A stretch of 63,997 nt of DNA, counting the filler, from Perkinsus olseni (taxonomy: Eukaryota), in NCBI GenBank assembly GCA_013115125.1. It is 6 parts of 6 records of this genome, joined end to end, with 100 filler letters (N's around TTAATTAATTAA, not from the genome) between each part and the next. Parts side by side here need not be neighbours in the genome. Positions count along the whole stretch, not along the records: positions 22,079 to 33,004 come from JABANN010000852.1; positions 33,105 to 43,972 come from JABANN010000854.1; 4 more parts are not named here. One strand, given 5' to 3'. This document shows positions 24,044 to 37,000 of the stretch, piece after piece. Positions within the stretch are counted from its first letter, which is position 1. Every line of letters starts with the position of its first letter. The notes below the pieces were generated by a model. It saw only the letters and a program-made list of their open reading frames with translations, did not search any database and had not been told where the DNA came from. The translations under genes were made by a program, and so were the position numbers.

Positions 24044-27014
24044 TTAGAGCTCTTCCTCATCTCGCGGACGAGGTTGCCCTACTCGGTACCTGACAAGACG
24101 CACATGCTGACGAGAGCTTCACTCGGCGTTACGAACGTACGGTAGTTGAGAGCCACCGTTGATGACGCCGTCCACGAAGGAGTCCGCAGAATCAAAACTC
24201 GCGATATCAGAGCTTGGTAGCTTATAGCGTCCACGCTTGGGCCGGTAGCTGAGGACACAGCGCCATTGGGGGCGGAGAGAGGCATCGGAACTTACGCAAA
24301 CAGTCTGGTGTGTGCTGGCAGATCGAACTGATTCAAAAATGCGGAGTCATCCCACACCCAAACCATCCGTACGGGGTCGTTGCGGTACCTGCCGATGCAG
24401 CGTTTCGATGAAACAGGACAGACGTGTCGACTCACTTCTCCGCGAGACGTTTGCCTATCGCCTTAAAGTCGTCATCAGAAGCATCGTGATGCTTCACAAC
24501 GACTACGCAGAACTTCCCATCAATGTTGCGGGCCTTGAAGTGAATACAATATTCTTCGCTGTGCGCAAAGATACCCCTGCCAGGCACTCACGCATTCGCC
24601 TTGCTCCAATTTCTCCGCAGTGAGCTCCTTGAAGGACGACGATTTGCTCCGCGCATGAGAAGCTACGAAAAAGAGGTTCCACAGGCGCTCAAGTGGAGCA
24701 TCAACTTCCTACTCAAAACTCTGGTAAAGTAAAGCGACAGGACATCCTTCGAGAGCGTGCTGGTCAGCTTTTCGCCCTGAAAACAAGCGGTTGATGGCCA
24801 TCAGCCAAGCGGCAGCCCACCTCCAACGTCTCCTCATCAGTAATATGATAGACAGTAGGCAGAGAAGTCGCGTTGATCGTCTTCGCCAATTTGCTGTTGA
24901 GATCCGCCGATAGTACAACACCAACGCTGATGCCTGAACCAGCCAAAAATACATTAACAATTGAACGGCTGTTCACTACTCTTGACGAAGATTCTCGAAT
25001 AAGCCTTGATGAGCGGCGGCATCGCCTTCTTATCACTCAGCAGAAGCACCTTAGCTCGATCGTCAGCAGACAGCCATCGTTTCAACGATCTGCAATACAC
25101 CGGTCAAAAAGGACATTAAAAAACCCCCGATAGTACTTATCCATGTGGGCTTGACTGAGTAGCGTAGCATGGCTCGGCATCTTGTCGGATATCCACCGGG
25201 AAAGATGCTTATAATTGCGCTTATGCGAAGCCGGGAACTCTATGGGCTTCGTCTCATCAGGCTCACCGTACCTTAACGAGGCTTCGTTCATCCACAAATT
25301 TCTCAGTTCGTCCAGTTACGAGAAAACCGCGTAAAACACAGGAACGGGTTGAAGACGAACTATTGGTTGTACTAAACTCTCACCGGCGCACTCTTCCTTT
25401 AAACATTCAGTCACATTTTTCTTTGCCCAACCCCAATCTCACTGACGAGGAGTTCACCGGTCAAACGAAACGTACATACTCCAGTGATCATCATAACGAT
25501 TGGCGAAGCCCGCAGCTTCCAGATGTCAGAAAGGCTTCTAAAAAAAGTCCCCCCATCACCATTCCCTTACATCCTTATAGTGGGATACGCCCTAATACCA
25601 GCCTCGTGGCAGATCTCCTCCTGCGCCGCACAATTGACTGCTGCTATCTGAAGGTGGGCTATCGACATAGACCGAGCAATGCTCCCTCCCTACAGTGATG
25701 ATTCCTTCATAAGTATCCGCCAGTTTCTTATAATCGTTGACGACCTCCCTGCAAAAGGCCAGAGTGAGCTCAAGATACCACCAACAGGCTTACTTGCAAT
25801 GTGCACAGCCGGGGGAATAGAAATTCACTACTACCGGTTCCTCGCGCTCGCTCACTGAATATACGAAACCGTGAGTCGAATTTCGTGGCGCAGTGACGCT
25901 TTCACGGCCTACCCAAAACTTCCCAATTCGTATCCGAGACCTCCAAAACTGAGCCTTCATCGTAAAGATTCTGAACAGGATGATCATCCCGCATCGGAGA
26001 TCAAAACCTCGCGAGTCAAGCAGACCAAGGCCTCGCTAGAATGATCGACGAATCCACAGTACCTTGGCTGGCTGGGCGTGAGGTCTCCGGCCGCCACCGC
26101 CTCCTCCGAAGCCTCCAAACCCACCGGAGCTTCCTCCGAAGCCTCCAGGGCCGAACTCGAAATGGAAACTACCGCCACCTGGCCCACCTTGGCCGAAGAA
26201 TGCGCTGAGAAATCGTCGCGTGGAGTTCGAATGGAGGAAGACGAGTAGCCTACTTGAAAATATCTTCGGGTCGGACGTTGAAGCCGCCCCCGCTCCCACC
26301 AGGGCCACCACCGCCACCTGCTCCTTGCTTGAGACCTTCCTCGCCTGAAGGATTGTCAGGTGAACGAGAAATGCCGCGGGTATAATGTGACGCGTCGTGG
26401 ATCGAACCAGGGACCATTCGATAGAGGGCCGACCAGGATAACCAGCTGAGCGAGACCTTCTTCGATTTCTACCGAATTGATCATAGATCTTCCGCTTTTC
26501 TGGATCGGAGAGGGCTTCGTAGGCCTCAGAGATATCGTAAAACTTCTTCTCGGCCTCCTCCTTGTTGTCACTAGCACATGATAGGTCCCGAGTTCAACTC
26601 CTGGTCAGTACGCTGGCCTACGTATTTTTATCGGGATGCCACTTCAAGGCTGCTTTCCGATAGGCTGCCTTTATCTGACTCTCACTGGCGCTCCTTGGTA
26701 TGCCTAGAATCTACGACCGAAACAACCACGTACCATGCTCGATAGCAACGAAATCACTGTTAACTACCAATCTCGGAGGACTCAGTGCTAGCACTACTCG
26801 ACTACTATCACAACTAATACTACTCGTAGTCTACTCAGCCACTGAATACGAGCTTATATTCATGAGAAGACGTGAACGCCTAGTAGTCTACTACAACGAC
26901 TAATACCACAACTAGTAAGACAACTATTACTACCTTATAATAGTCCTTTCCACATTCGACCAGGCCAATGAGTCCAACATAAAGCAGCAGGAGTGAATAC
27001 CGCAATAAGAACAT
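24044..27014 (-). CDS. ER-resident DnaJ protein with thioredoxin domains (ERdj3A/DNAJC10/16-like), multi-exon
   Basis: Signal peptide [34 protein letters not shown], Gly/Phe-rich linker, [10 protein letters not shown], later Trx-like segments, last exon ends RDEEEL-stop. Confidence 0.88.
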
Positions 27015-27237
27015 TCAAAGGGAAACAGCTGAGTAGGGTCTCCACACTGTACCAATTGGCGGCAATCGGCTCCTGCGATCTGTAAGGATGACGATAATGA
27101 ACGCAGCATATCGATCAGTGGGACGCGCGCTACTAAAACGCGCCAGTTCGGCACCCACTCGTGGTAAGATTCTCGAGTCAGACCACCGCTACGCAGGGTG
27201 TTAGAGCTGGTGCACTGCTAGGGTGCGTACTAGTCGA

Positions 27238-27660
27238 ATGGCTTCCATTTTTGCTTCCTCTCGTCGCCTGGTTACGGCTGGTCCCGTCCGTGCGGGATTG
27301 CTGCGTCGCGGTGCTGTTAACCGAATGAGGGTTGCTGAGGACATTGAGTTTACTAAGAACAGATATACTAGAAGGGTACAGGGTATCTTTTGTCACCGTA
27401 TCTTCCTCGCTTAACCTCAGTATAACCTGGCTACCGAGGATCGCGTGAAGCTGCTCAACTGGAACGTCTTCTGCATCGCTGCCACCGTTCTTCCGTTTGC
27501 CTACGTGTAAGCCCTCCTCTCATGACGGCGCCCCCGAGCCATACTCAGGTATTATTCTTGGTACGAATCATCGGAAGATACCGACATGATATACAGGACG
27601 ATGGACCCTATGAAGGAGGTCAGGGCCGAGTACTACCTTCCACTACTTAGAGGGCATTAG
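27238..27660 (+). CDS. Small probable mitochondrial single-pass membrane protein, 2 introns
   Basis: Arg/Ser-rich presequence-like start MASIFASSRRLVTAG; introns 27376-27420 and 27507-27548 give an open frame with one hydrophobic helix. Confidence 0.65.
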
Positions 27661-28134
27661 ATGACTCATGAGAGGCTGATGATGGTTTTTTCAATTTTTC
27701 TATCAGTAGTGTTACGTTGGGTTAACTATGAATGCACCTCCGAATGCATCGGGTTGTGGAATACTGGGAAGATTGGCCACAACCCCGTCCACATTAGTAT
27801 TTGCCATATTACCAGATGGAAGGTGGAGAGTGTTCACCTACTCGGAATCCAGGTGAATCCTCTCCTCTGAGTTCTACACAGATTGGCCGCCGAAGGCTCT
27901 CACCTGAACCTGCGCTGCTGGTGTTGTGGAAGGGCGCTTTTGAGTCGTCGCGCCTGTTCCTGATTCCCTTCTAGACCGTCTGCTGCCACTCGAGTGTACG
28001 GTCGTTGCTGCATTCTTGCTTGGGTGCGGCAGGAGCCATTGGTCGTGACCCCTCAGCATTCGTATCTAGGATACGACGAAGGGGAGTGGGCCTCCTGGAC
28101 GATGTCATACTAGTCGGTCGTCGTCCTTTGTCGA

Positions 28135-30532
28135 ATGGCTCCCCCTCCTCTGCCGGCAGCACTCACTCCTTCTCATCATCCTGATGTTGATGATACTGTG
28201 CAGCATGAGGACTCAAGGACAACCACAGGGATTAATCATGCAGGTGGTAGTAGGGTGGACGAGTTCGTAGCTATACCCTACGAGCCCTCGCTCGTATGTG
28301 TGCTGCCCTGTTACGAGGCGGGAGCATCTTTTGCTCTGTGACCTACTAGGTCCGACCAACGCCCCGACGCCGCCGCCGGTTGCTGCTCCGTCGGACGGTT
28401 CGTCCACTAGTAGTCATCATCATCGAGTGTCGAGTAGCTCTCGGTCGGCCGACATCGCCGCGGCAGTGGCAATGGCGCACTCCCCACACGATGAGTTCCT
28501 CAAAGGGGAAGAACGAACCAAAGCCAAGTGGGCTAAGATGGTGGGGCCAAGCTCCTCTTACTGGGATCCTTGGGGAGCGCAGCCTCTTAGGTGAAGCGAG
28601 GCATTAGTAGTTTCATACGGGAACAGCCCGACAAGTTCCACCGTCGCGCTCGGCGGGGCATCCCGGCTGAGTATCGATGGACCGTCTGGAAGGCCTGCGT
28701 CTCTCATGATGAGCGATTCGTTCGGAACGTGTATTGGAAGTTGACGGGTTTGGGGTCGGAGAATGAGCAGTGGGGGAGGGCTATCAAGATTGATGTGAGT
28801 CCTGGACGATTGGCACGGTGCCTGGACAGTCGGGGCTCAGGTCCCAAGGACTTTCCCTAGGGATCGAGCAGCCCGGACAGGCTCTCAGCTCTCGGAGGTA
28901 GTAGACTGTGACTTTTCTTGCACAATATTCCCCAGCTTCATCATATCAATTTCCTCGAGGAATTAGCGTGCAACGCGCAACTTTCTCTCCGTGTGTGGGC
29001 GTGGGTACACCTGTTGTAGTAGACGCTGACCGGGAGATGTTCACCCAGCGACGATAATCATCGCTCGTAGTTCATCTCGCGGTTGGAAGGAGAGTTCATC
29101 ATGGGAGCTGCAGGATGGTATTGGTAACTTAGGCCCACCTGAAGTCACTGTATCGTATATTGGTGGCCTACGCAAATCTCAACCCAGATGTGGGCTACTG
29201 TCAAGGGATGAACTTTGTAGCCGGCTTACTCTTGTTGGTAGGTCTAGGTCCCGGGTTCGATCCCTTCGTATTATGACAATGCTTCTTCCAGGTTGCTTGT
29301 CCAGATAGGAATGTTCCACCACCATCATCGGTTGAGGAGGTGAGACCTCACCACTGTGTGTCGGCACAAATGACAATAGCCATCCCTCAGGAGGAGGCCT
29401 TCTGGGTGTTCGTTTGCCTAATGGAGTACGATGGCTTGGCGGGATTCTATCGGGAGAACTTTCCACTACTGGGTGAGAGCTGGGAGAAATTGAACTACGC
29501 AGACTTATCCAACAGAGTCGCCCGGGACTTGGAAAAACCCCGTCATTTTGAAAAATTACCGAATGCCAAAATGTTGGGTCGCACGGCGTTGTCGATGCGT
29601 TCGAGCACCAGCGAAGAGAATTGAACCAGGGTCGGGCGATGTACAGATCGCTGTTTCACTATTCCATCATGAGTCCGGTGGAATCATAGCATGCCGCTCC
29701 CCTAGGCCGCTATACTCATGCATTCGACGAGCTTCTTGCCCGTGAGCTGCCCGACTTGCGCGACCACTTCACACAAGAGGGCGTCCAACCCACGCTATAC
29801 ATCCATCAGTGGTAGGCTTAGAATTCAGTCTTATGCCTCTTCAACCTGGCTTGCTGCACAGGTACCTCTCACTATTCATAAACTGCCTACCACTCCAAAC
29901 GGTAATCCTGAGGGCATGCAGGTTCGAGGGAGCACTGTAATCATCAGGTTTTTGTATTGTGGGATGTTATAGTCAGTGACGGCCTCCCTGTCATCCTCAG
30001 CATATCAGTAGCCTTGCTGAAGGTGACGAGACAGGGGATGGAGAAATGAGCTCATTTGTGCTCTTTTAGGTACTCCGGCCAGCCCTCATGCAAATGGAGT
30101 TTGAGGAGATCGTCCGGTTTTTCAAGACCATGAAGACAGGTACTTGTTGATGATGTTCGGTGGTTTCGGCACTGTCGCTTCACAACAGGTGACGAGAAGT
30201 GTGACGCGAGGGTGATAGGTCAGCTTCTTGTGCGGCTCTCCGGCAAGGTGGAGATACCGGACTCGATCCTCGAGTCACTTCATATGCCATACGACTGCCA
30301 AGATCCTCGGAATGCCGACCCCTCCAGCCTCCTGCCGGGCCCGAGAGACCTAGAGCTAGACCGGCCTCCCGATGGGCTCGACGATAATGGCAATAAGCCA
30401 GCAACGGGAATGGCTCAGTGGTTGAAGCGAGTATCGGCGCAAATAGACGCGAGTTGGAGCGAGCTGAAAGGGGGCCTGGCAGGCGGGGCGTCTTCTAGTG
30501 ATGACCGACTATCATCCGAAGGCACCTCGTGA
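28135..30532 (+). CDS. TBC-domain Rab GTPase-activating protein, multi-exon (start uncertain)
   Basis: [23 protein letters not shown] (Arg finger), [11 protein letters not shown] (Gln finger), EEAFW. Confidence 0.9.
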
Positions 30533-30793
30533 AGACCCCGTCGGACACTACGTCAACATCGAAATATATCACCATTTACTTATGCTTGTTTTCTGACTGC
30601 CGACCGAGCGAGGTGGCAGTTCTCTTGTTTTCAAAGGAGATCGTGAAGAGTGAGTATATTTCTAGTAGTACCATTGAACATCATCATCTTTGCAACTCAT
30701 CCTTCGTGTGACCCGACGCCGAGGCCTTGTGTTCACAGTTCCAGTCCGGTGGAAGCTAGTTCACAGAACAGTAAAATCCGTCCAGTGCCATAT

Positions 30794-31664
30794 ATGCCCA
30801 ACAACGTTCTCCGAGAAGTCGAAATCCAAGGAAAGGAGTTCAAGTTCAGTTGTGGGCATTTTGTTGCGTAAGACGTAGTTCCGTGCTAACGAGGGCTCTA
30901 CAACGACTTCGTAACCGCACGAGTAGAGTCCAGTCGGTAAAGCATAGTATTCGGTGAGTCTTAATCAATGATTGACTAACCGAATACTATGCCCTTTGAT
31001 TGAGACTCAATCAGACACCCGGGCTTCCGAGAGCGACTCCACGGTCACAACTACACGGTGAAACTCCGTATGACGTGCGAGCATTGGCCTGCTGGAGAGG
31101 ACGGATACGTTATTGATTTCGGCATCCTCAAGGTACGTCCGTCTCCTTTGATGATGTAAGATGCATTCTGCTACTCTTGTCCGTGACTCAGAAGCTGCTC
31201 CGAGCAGTCTGTAAAAGTTTGAACGAGCGTATGATAATTCCGGAGAGGAGCAGATCGCTCGACATCGACACCAATCATTTACATGTCACAGCCACTGGGA
31301 AGGAGCAGCAGAGCGTTCGTATCACTACGATCGATGGCGATGAGTTTTTGTTCCCAAAGTGAGCCAGAAACTTCCATTAGCGTCTTCGTGACGGTCTGTT
31401 CATCAGGGACGATTGTGTTATCCTACCAATTGAGTTCGCCACGGCTGAAGAGCTCTCCGAGTACGTCTTCAATAAGATGGTTGAGGGTTTGGGAACAATA
31501 CCGGAGGAGAGAGGGCTCGCCGAGTTGACAGTTTCTGTAGGTTTTTTTGTCAACCAAAAGATCTCCATGATAGTGTCAAGCTTTGATTTGCCTTGTAGGT
31601 ATACGAGAGACCTACACAGTGCGCCAAGTACACCGGGTCATTAAGGCCGCAGGCCAGTCAATAG
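30794..31664 (+). CDS. PTPS: 6-pyruvoyl tetrahydropterin synthase family protein (PTPS-III type), 4 introns
   Basis: FKFSCGHFVA|HPGFRERLHGHNYTV, GYVIDFGILK, ATAEELSEY, VYERPTQCAKY after removing GT-AG introns. Confidence 0.88.
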
Positions 31665-32079
31665 TGAAAGTCGAGTGAAGTTTTGATTCCGTTTCCCAGA
31701 CTCTGTGGTCGCTGAGTTCCGTGGGGATAGAGCCATGTGGTAGAGCTCGAGAGAGAAGTTTCACCCGTCTCGTTCGGTTTACTCCCATCAACCTTTCAAT
31801 GCTTCCAATCTCATCGTGCCCACGGCCATTGCGTGCAGTGCAATTTCATCCATCGAGGAACGCCCGCGAGTTCTCCTCCCACCTGGTTGCACTTCGTCGT
31901 GTCTTGCCGCTTACGTGCTTCCGCTTCTCAATCATAAGAATTCTGCCTGCGGCCCGCTGCCGCTCTAACCGAGGAGAGAACTCCCGCCACGACAGGAGTC
32001 CAGCGTCTTCTTCGACACAGTTAACGGGAGAGTCAGCTCACTAGTGGACTTAGAGGGCTTTTCAGAAGTCCGAGAAGTC

Positions 32080-33004
32080 ACTTGGACGTCACGCCAGGGA
32101 TCAGTGATCCCGGATTACACCGCGCCACACTGACTCCGCACAACATGCCACAACTGTCATTACCGAAAATAGCGCGCGTCTCGGCTTTGCTCCCACTTTC
32201 GATGGTCGCTGAGCTCCGAGGGGATACAGTCATCTTGGGAGAGCTCGAGAAGCCTTATTCTCGCAGGTCGAAAACGATCTCCTTTAGAATCCCGTGGCTA
32301 CCGATAGTCCGCACCCTGGGGATTGCCGCCCACACCGAGCTGTGTGCTTTCGCCGGGACGAAAGTCCCGTGTCGTTACATGGCAAAGCTTTACAATACAG
32401 TATTCAGAAAATAATGCTGTGGCAAACGCTGCCTGGAGTGTATCCAGGTTACCGGACCACTCAAACTCAAAACCCGGAACTACTGATACTGATTGTAGGT
32501 TAGTCATAGGGACATTCGCCTCAATCATTAGGGAGCGTGACGCTCGTACTGAATAGCAACATTTCCGAACGAAAACAAACATCCCCCGTTGAGTACGATT
32601 ACGAGTGATGAGTCACAAAACAGCGGCATCAAAGATATCGATCTGAAGACTGATGCGACTGGGAGGCTCTATCCAAGCCCCAGCGAGGGCAGAAGAGTCA
32701 CCCCAACCAACCTCTCGTGGGGGAGAAGTGTCAGGACCGACTCGATCCGATCGAGACAGTTGAGCTTCATTAATGATACCGATCGACTACGTGGCACTAA
32801 GAAGCATATAACATGAAGAATTTCTGACGGCGGTAAGATCCCATATTGATAGAGGTTCTCCATTGGAGAAAAAAAATACCCCCGTCTCGGGGTACCGAGC
32901 AACTCGGTGTTCTCACAAAATTGAAGCCTGATGATGTAGCTGCTCTTCTAGCTGATGATATAGTTGCTCTTCTATCTGCTCTCCGCGGCGCAATCCTCCA
33001 GCTT
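32080..33004 (-). repeat. Degenerate coding repeat (probable retroelement), copy B
   Basis: Homologous to the repeat starting at 22079, inverted; contains a 24-bp tandem duplication at 32928-32975; the left limit is approximate. Confidence 0.65.
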
Positions 33005-33104
33005 NNNNNNNNNNNNNNNNNNNNNNNNNNNNNNNNNNNNNNNNNNNNTTAATTAATTAANNNNNNNNNNNNNNNNNNNNNNNNNNNNNNNNNNNNNNNN
33101 NNNN
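33005..33104. other. Artificial contig spacer
   Basis: N44 + TTAATTAATTAA + N44. Confidence 0.99.
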
Positions 33105-34010
33105 TTCTTCTGGTTTCGTGCTCAAAACGTGTCAATGGAGCCGATTTTTGAAACGAGCCGTTGAAAGTCCTTCAGTTGTTGCAGGTAGCTGCGGGCAGTT
33201 TTCAATAGCGCAACAGTTAAATGACTCTGGAAATCAATCGAGTGTATCGGGACATATAACTTGTTAAAGTTTGGGCGTGCGCGCTTGTCATTGGGAAAGC
33301 GCACGCCAGGCTGGTGAGTTAGCGCGAGCGTTTGCTACGCGTTGTGTTGTTCTGTGGAAGGAGTAAGCTTTTTCTGTTAATTTCTGTTATGAGCGTTATA
33401 GTTCTATGAATTGGTATGAACCGGATTTTTGGGAAAACGGTTTACGATTCGTAGCTGCAGAGGTACATTAAATATTGCACCCTTGATTCTCACATGATTC
33501 CGGTTTCTGTATCACTTGGTCCGGCAAATCCAGCCTTATATGAGACCGATTGTGAGAGGAGTACTATGGCACATGACTGGAATGAGTATTTACATTATCA
33601 TGAAGCAAGGATTCGTGCGGAACTCGTCATTGGTAATAAGGATGGATGGTCTAGTTAATGAAGCTTGTGTAGGGGGAGTATTGTGTGAGTTTCGGTCTAT
33701 TCATTTTGATTCTTGTAAGGAATTAGGTGAGAACTGAAGTTGTTAAGTGAAAATTGATGATAGCTCAAACAGTGACTTCCTGAGTCCAATTCGGAGTATA
33801 TGCATTCTTGTCTTATAGATCACTTATATGATGCTCGTTTCTGTTATGTCTAGTGAGGCTTTTGCAAGCACACAATTTGTGTGGCACTAAGTTTTTCAGT
33901 GATGAAACATTGTGTCACATGCAATTGTAATATATCAGGCATTGGTGGAGACGTTAGGAAATAAAGGAGTATATACAATAACTGGAAATATAGGATATGA
34001 TTACTAACCA

Positions 34011-37000
34011 TTGGTTATATTTCCTGCCTCTTCAGATGAACGGTCTATTCTGGACCTGGGTCAAGAATTGGAGTTTTTTCGGAATGCTTTGGGAGATGGA
34101 CACTGCTTTTTTCATGCAGTAGCAGCCTCGTGTTTGAGAGCGAGGACGATGTCGGACAGTACTGAGTTTGGGAGGTCTGTACATAGGTGGGCGGCGAATC
34201 AAATGGGCAGATTGGTGAGAGAAGGGTTTATTGATGAAGCATTTCTGGGAGATTACTTAGGCGTGGAAGGGGGATCAGTTGCGGACGCTGTACGCATAGC
34301 TGAGTTGGATGATGCGCGTCCTATTTTGCAACTTGCAACTGCACTGATTCTTGAGAGGCCTATAGTAGTAGTGAGTAAACAGTATGTAACTTTTGAAAGA
34401 CCGCCTACTGTTATCGTTTATGCACCCGGGAATGGTATCCATGGTCGAGAACGTGAGCCTATATTTGTAGCTCATGAATACCATGATTATGGTAATATTC
34501 AACAACAGAGTGGAGGAGCTGGGCATTATATGATTTTGCGAAGAAAAAATTTAGTTTCAGCATCATCATTTGGTTCTCATGCTGTTTCAAGTGATGATGC
34601 TGTAGATAAAAGTAATGTCACGAATTTTAAGAGTAAGCAGCAGCAAGTTGTAGAATTGAGAGAAAATATTAGTAGTAATATTATAGAACCAGAAAAAAGG
34701 AAGAACATGACTGGCATGAGAAATGAATTGGGCTGTAAGGATGATTTTAATAATAGAAAACGTAAAAGAGCTCGCAAGTTTAACAGATGTATTACGTGTA
34801 AGACGTTCATCAGTGAAGGTGACAGTTGTAGTGTGTGTCGTCGTCGAGAAGCTGTTACCAGAATTATTGATAGTCGTGATCAGGATTGTCAACCTAAACA
34901 GTTAGCTCCTGATATTGACGAAAATGATGCTGTGGGAAGTCGTTTCTGCCGTCGTTCTGAAGAAGCAGAAATGCTTTGCAAAGTTTGTGATATTGATGAG
35001 TATGATGTCTTCGGTCATAAAAGAAGAAATACGTATAAAATTTATAATGAGGTGCCTGGGAGCACTGCGATATGTTGTGATAATTGTTTACGGTCTTCAA
35101 CGAAGTTGTATCCATTCACATGTAAAAAGGTAAAGTTTACATCGATTATTAAGAAGAAATATATTGTGATTGTGAAGCCGAGATCGTTAACAGCTTCTGA
35201 TGTTAAGATCAATCTATGTCCGTTGTGTGCTATTTATTTGTCTTCTGTAAAGCTTAAAGCTACACAAGTATGGGGTGTGGCTTGGCCTTCATTCATAGCG
35301 TTCTTCCTGGTCCGTATTGGGGTTCTTGAAATGTGGCGTTGGTTGCCATTAGAATTACGAATAGCATGGTTATCAAAAAGAACTGAATTTCATCGACTAT
35401 TACAAGAGGTTACACTTACTGAGCCTTCTCCATATTTCGTAGATTGTACATTTAGACGACAAGCATTGTTGCAGTGTGTGGCTGAAATGCGAGGAGCTTC
35501 ACTAAGGAAGGTTCTGGATAAAGAAGCTGTAGCGCAAGTAAGGTGTCATTGTGGAGCCCAAGAATTTTTAGAAGACGCTGGAAGTTTGCCTCTCGATTAT
35601 GCTCTCAATAGGGAAATAAGTCAAGTGCAGGAGCACGGAATATTATCACGTGGAGTTAACAAAGAACGTGATTTACTCACCGCTGCGCGGGGTGACTGGT
35701 TGCTGTCATGGCGGTTTCTGGATAAGTGGAGAATAGGGCCGTGCGTGATGATTGACGAAGTACATGGTTTTTGCTTACTGACGTGTCGTGAGCATAAGGG
35801 TGGTAGCAGATTTCGGCATGCATCGGTGGGTTATAATCCTGTGCAGTACAATTCCCCTTGCTCTACATCGGATCGATTGGGATCTTTAGTAGTAGCTCCT
35901 CAAGTAATAAAACCACTAGTTAAAAGATATAATGTTAACTCATATGAAGTTTTAAGGGTCACGGGTTCTTATAGTGGAATGAGTTCTTGTATGTTGCAAA
36001 CGAAACCTAGATGGGATATAACATCAAAAGCGTTAGCTGAGTCAGAGAGAGTACAGTTGGCTTGTAGAACTGATGTTTTTCATAGATTGCAGAACTTAGT
36101 TTCCAAAGGCGAATTATCAGCAGATGTGCGGCAACAAATGCAACAATATTCGCACTTGTCTGCTTCTGAGATGCGTAGAGTCAGATTTTGTCAACAGTCT
36201 GCAACTAAGTTCGATATTGATAATCTTCTGGAATGTCGTTCTGCCTGTAATGCGGGGGACATCTATACAAAGAATCACGTCAACGTGTACATTGCGGATC
36301 CCACTGGTGTTGGGGAAGTTATTTCTACTCAAATAAATTATCCGTGGCCATCGCATATATTAGAATGTTCTTCAAATAGTCTTCCATGGCCGATGACGTT
36401 CTGCAATGCTAGAAGAAAGTTAGGTATAAAATCTCTGTGGATTCTTGGTCACTTGCTATGCAGTACTCCTTGCTTATGGAAAGCTGTATCTGATAGCGTA
36501 AGATCTGCTGAGACAGAGCATTGGGTTGGCCATGTGCTCAGATTTATTTCTGTACATTGTCTTAAAAAAGATCTGAAAGCTCTCGGAAGAGTAAACCCGT
36601 ATCGTAAAATTCTTAATGCAACGGAAGTTGAGCGATACATAATATCTAATATTGTCCCAGAACATCGGTATATTGAAGGAATATGTAATTTTCTCTCTGC
36701 AGTTGATGAGCTATTATGCAATGTTGTAATTGTTGATGAAACGTGTAATATCTCAGAGATTATTCAGTCTACTAAGAAAAGAATAATATTATTGATAAGG
36801 TCATCTGTCGCAAGGTCTTCATCATTGTTGGTACCTTTACAAATCGAATCGATCAGTACTATAGCGTACCTTAGATTCATCGGATTTGCTGAAAATCCTA
36901 ACGAAAGCCAAGAATTACTATTTAGAGGAGAATGTTGTATACAGTCGTCCTGTAGCCTAAATCGGATATTGAATTATAATACATTAAGAAAATTTCCTTC

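Noticed and set aside
24079-24285. RasGEF N-terminal-like peptide ([19 protein letters not shown])
   Set aside because: Alternative frame of the last DnaJ exons, which splice cleanly to an EEEL terminus
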